Positions 32,542 through 34,555 of a stretch of DNA of 34,555 nt are shown here, one piece after another. The notes below the pieces were generated by a model that saw only the letters and a program-made list of their open reading frames with translations, did no database searches and was not told where the DNA came from. The first letter of the stretch is position 1; every line of letters starts with the position of its first letter. The translations under genes and the position numbers were made by a program. The DNA is taken from positions 1-34,555 of the IMG/VR virus record IMGVR_UViG_3300015203_000020. One strand, 5' to 3'. Origin of the DNA: a virus (Duplodnaviria; Caudoviricetes).

Positions 32542-34554
32542 TTAAGCTGGTTCAAAACATTCCCAGGCAACAACACCGTTGTCAGTATTGAGACTTGAAG
32601 TAATTGTAAAGCTAGCACCGACAGTTCTAGCGCTTATACGAAGCGCACCTATTGAATTGTTATCTTGTGCAGTTAGAAATATCCTGGAATTTGCAGTTAT
32701 CGAAGTATTAGAAACTGTGGCAACACCTGCTACTAATGTTGCAATACCTTGTTTGCCATTAGCAGCCTCAGAAACTCGCAAACCTTGAACACCAATACCC
32801 GCCGCATTAGACCAATCTAAGGCAACAACAACGCCGCCATTTGCATATAAACTTCTGTTAGACCATACGCCAGCATTGAACCCAGATGAATCGAAAATCT
32901 GCGTAAGATCCCAATTCATAACTTCTTGGCCTGCTGCATTAAACATTTGTCTAGCCATAAAGCCTATGGACAAAACGTTAGATGCATCTCGCAGAACGGT
33001 TGACCCTGAAACGGTGGTGCCCGCCGCTGCATATACCGCAACCTCATTAATTGTTCCGGCGCTTACATTCCCACTGGCCGCAGGAGCTTGCCATGTAGCA
33101 GTGGACGCGCTTGTTGCTGTTGGTATATATCCAACAGCGGGAGTGCCTGTAACTTGCACGCCATTAACAATTACACCAGCAGGCGAATTCCAATCTAAAT
33201 TTACTGTTGTGCCATCACTTGCATATAGACGTCTAATATGCCAATCAAGAGAAATATTGCTTGAAGCATCATTTAGCTGACGAAAAGCAGCAGTATAATT
33301 AATAGCTAAAGCACCTACTTCATCAACTAATTGTCTATTATCCCAATCGAGTGATACAGCGGCTGCAGCATCATATAATATTCTTGCATTCCAATCTGCC
33401 GACAACACTTGAACATTATCATTTAAATGTTGTGTACTCCAATCAGCAACAATTGAAGTGCCAGCAGTATTATATAAACGTCTTGTTCCCCAATTTACCG
33501 ATGTTAATGCGCCAGAAGTTCCATATAGAACACGGGCGCTCCAACCTGCTGCTATGACACCACTAGCATCAAATAATTGTCTGAAATTGGCATAAACTGT
33601 TAAAGCACCAGTTGCATCAAAAAGTTGTCCAAGCTGCCAGTTGTAAGCAACAGTAGTTCCATCACTATAAAATAATTCTCTATTTTGATAATCTAATGAA
33701 AGGACGCCAACGCCAGCATATACTTGTCTCATGGTGTAATTTATTGAATTAGCACCAGCATTATCATGTAAAATAGCATTTTGCCAATCAAGAGATGTAA
33801 TGCCGCCAACATATGTTAATAATTGAGTATTCCAATTTAAAATGGATTGATTGGCACTGTTATATAATTGCCTAGTCATCCAATCCATTGAAGAATTACC
33901 AGCAGCATCTTGGAGAATATTTACTCCATTAACAGTTGTTCCCGCCCCTGGATATGCCGCCACTTGATGTATGGTTCCGGCTCCTACAGTTCCACTTCCT
34001 GTTGGGACTGGCCCACCATCAGTAATGGTTCCCGCAATATCGGAAAATACCGCCAAATGACCTATAGTAGCTGCGCCATCAACAGAGGATACTTTTGGTT
34101 TGGTTGCATCAGAAGGTGATGTGCCAGAATCTTTTATCGTTCCTAATACATCAGCCGCAATAATGATGTCATTTACTACAAAGGCACCTTTGACAGATGC
34201 AACATCTGGCTGAGTATTATCAGTCGCATCTTTGCTAGCAGCCGTTCCGCCACCCATGGCAGCGCTAACTTTTTCAAATGTAATAGGGCTTAATCCCACT
34301 TGCATAGGAGCTGGCTCAACAAGAACTAACATTTCTCCCGCATTTATAGTGCCAGCAGAAATTGGCAAATATAAACCAGGTTTCATTTGTTGTTGAGATT
34401 GAAAGTCATCTGATCTTATTAATATTCCGAACTCAGATGAGCTACCACTATTTAAAACTTCATAGATCCCGTTCTGAGTTGGATCGGTTTGCCCCATCAC
34501 TGCAATTCTGTCGCCCACCACAAGATCAACACCATCCAGAGATAATTGACCCAT
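32542..34554 (-). CDS. Long tail fibre (714 aa with 1..135) containing about 16-aa Trp repeats
   Basis: Tandem S-x-D/N-W-x-x-R-x-L-Y/F-D-x-x-G repeats, two GTxxxVAxY segments, and a C-terminal GIATLVAGVATVSNTSITANSRIFLT domain. Confidence 0.82.
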   Translation of the reverse strand: MGQLSLDGVDLVVGDRIAVMGQTDPTQNGIYEVLNSGSSSEFGILIRSDDFQSQQQMKPGLYLPISAGTINAGEMLVLVEPAPMQVGLSPITFEKVSAAMGGGTAASKDATDNTQPDVASVKGAFVVNDIIIAADVLGTIKDSGTSPSDATKPKVSSVDGAATIGHLAVFSDIAGTITDGGPVPTGSGTVGAGTIHQVAAYPGAGTTVNGVNILQDAAGNSSMDWMTRQLYNSANQSILNWNTQLLTYVGGITSLDWQNAILHDNAGANSINYTMRQVYAGVGVLSLDYQNRELFYSDGTTVAYNWQLGQLFDATGALTVYANFRQLFDASGVIAAGWSARVLYGTSGALTSVNWGTRRLYNTAGTSIVADWSTQHLNDNVQVLSADWNARILYDAAAAVSLDWDNRQLVDEVGALAINYTAAFRQLNDASSNISLDWHIRRLYASDGTTVNLDWNSPAGVIVNGVQVTGTPAVGYIPTATSASTATWQAPAASGNVSAGTINEVAVYAAAGTTVSGSTVLRDASNVLSIGFMARQMFNAAGQEVMNWDLTQIFDSSGFNAGVWSNRSLYANGGVVVALDWSNAAGIGVQGLRVSEAANGKQGIATLVAGVATVSNTSITANSRIFLTAQDNNSIGALRISARTVGASFTITSSLNTDNGVVAWECFEPA

Positions 34555-34555
34555 C

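Larger units (their letters stand above)
1..34555. mobile_element. Complete or near-complete circularly permuted P22-like (podovirus-type) phage genome
   Basis: Full terminase, portal, scaffold, coat, adaptor, hub, ejection, fibre, lysis and replication gene set with no host genes. Terminal CATC (1-4 and 34552-34555) joins an ORF across the ends. Confidence 0.93.

Noticed and set aside
30573-34119. Plus-strand ORFs over the fibre genes (30573, 31466, 32201, 32579, 32876, 33351, 33910)
   Set aside because: Antisense shadows of convincing minus-strand genes, with no SD or protein-like signal.
30640-34260. Diversity-generating retroelement suggested by sequence shared between two fibre genes
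   Set aside because: No reverse transcriptase is present, and the differences are codon-level divergence rather than adenine-specific substitutions.

Overview
The window is most likely a complete, circularly closed, AT-rich phage genome with a P22-like short-tailed (podovirus) layout. The first and last 4 nt (CATC) overlap, and joining them restores one 714-aa tail-fibre gene, giving about 34,551 bp. Most genes are on the minus strand: a replication initiator with internal iterons, VRR-NUC nuclease, GH24 lysozyme, NUMOD4-HNH, holin, TerS, an NrdR-like Zn ribbon, TerL, a block of small ORFs, portal, scaffold, P22-type coat, head-tail adaptor, tail hub, three ejection proteins and at least five fibre/spike genes. 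Plus-strand islands carry an endonuclease VII-like gene, a small membrane-peptide operon, a secreted protein and a Sak4-like ATPase/SSB module. I recognise no integrase, helicase, polymerase or peptidase-type CI repressor. The most unusual signals are non-coding. (1) A tandem array of four tRNA-shaped or CCA-ended RNAs (27069-27457), none with a normal anticodon loop. (2) ANGGA-loop hairpins of CsrA/RsmA type over many ribosome-binding sites. (3) A near-consensus parS site and paired DnaA-box-like sites in an integrase-less genome. (4) A pseudoknot-like leader on the scaffold gene. Family calls come from recalled motifs and synteny, not database searches. The host is unknown; a CsrA-using proteobacterium is only an inference.
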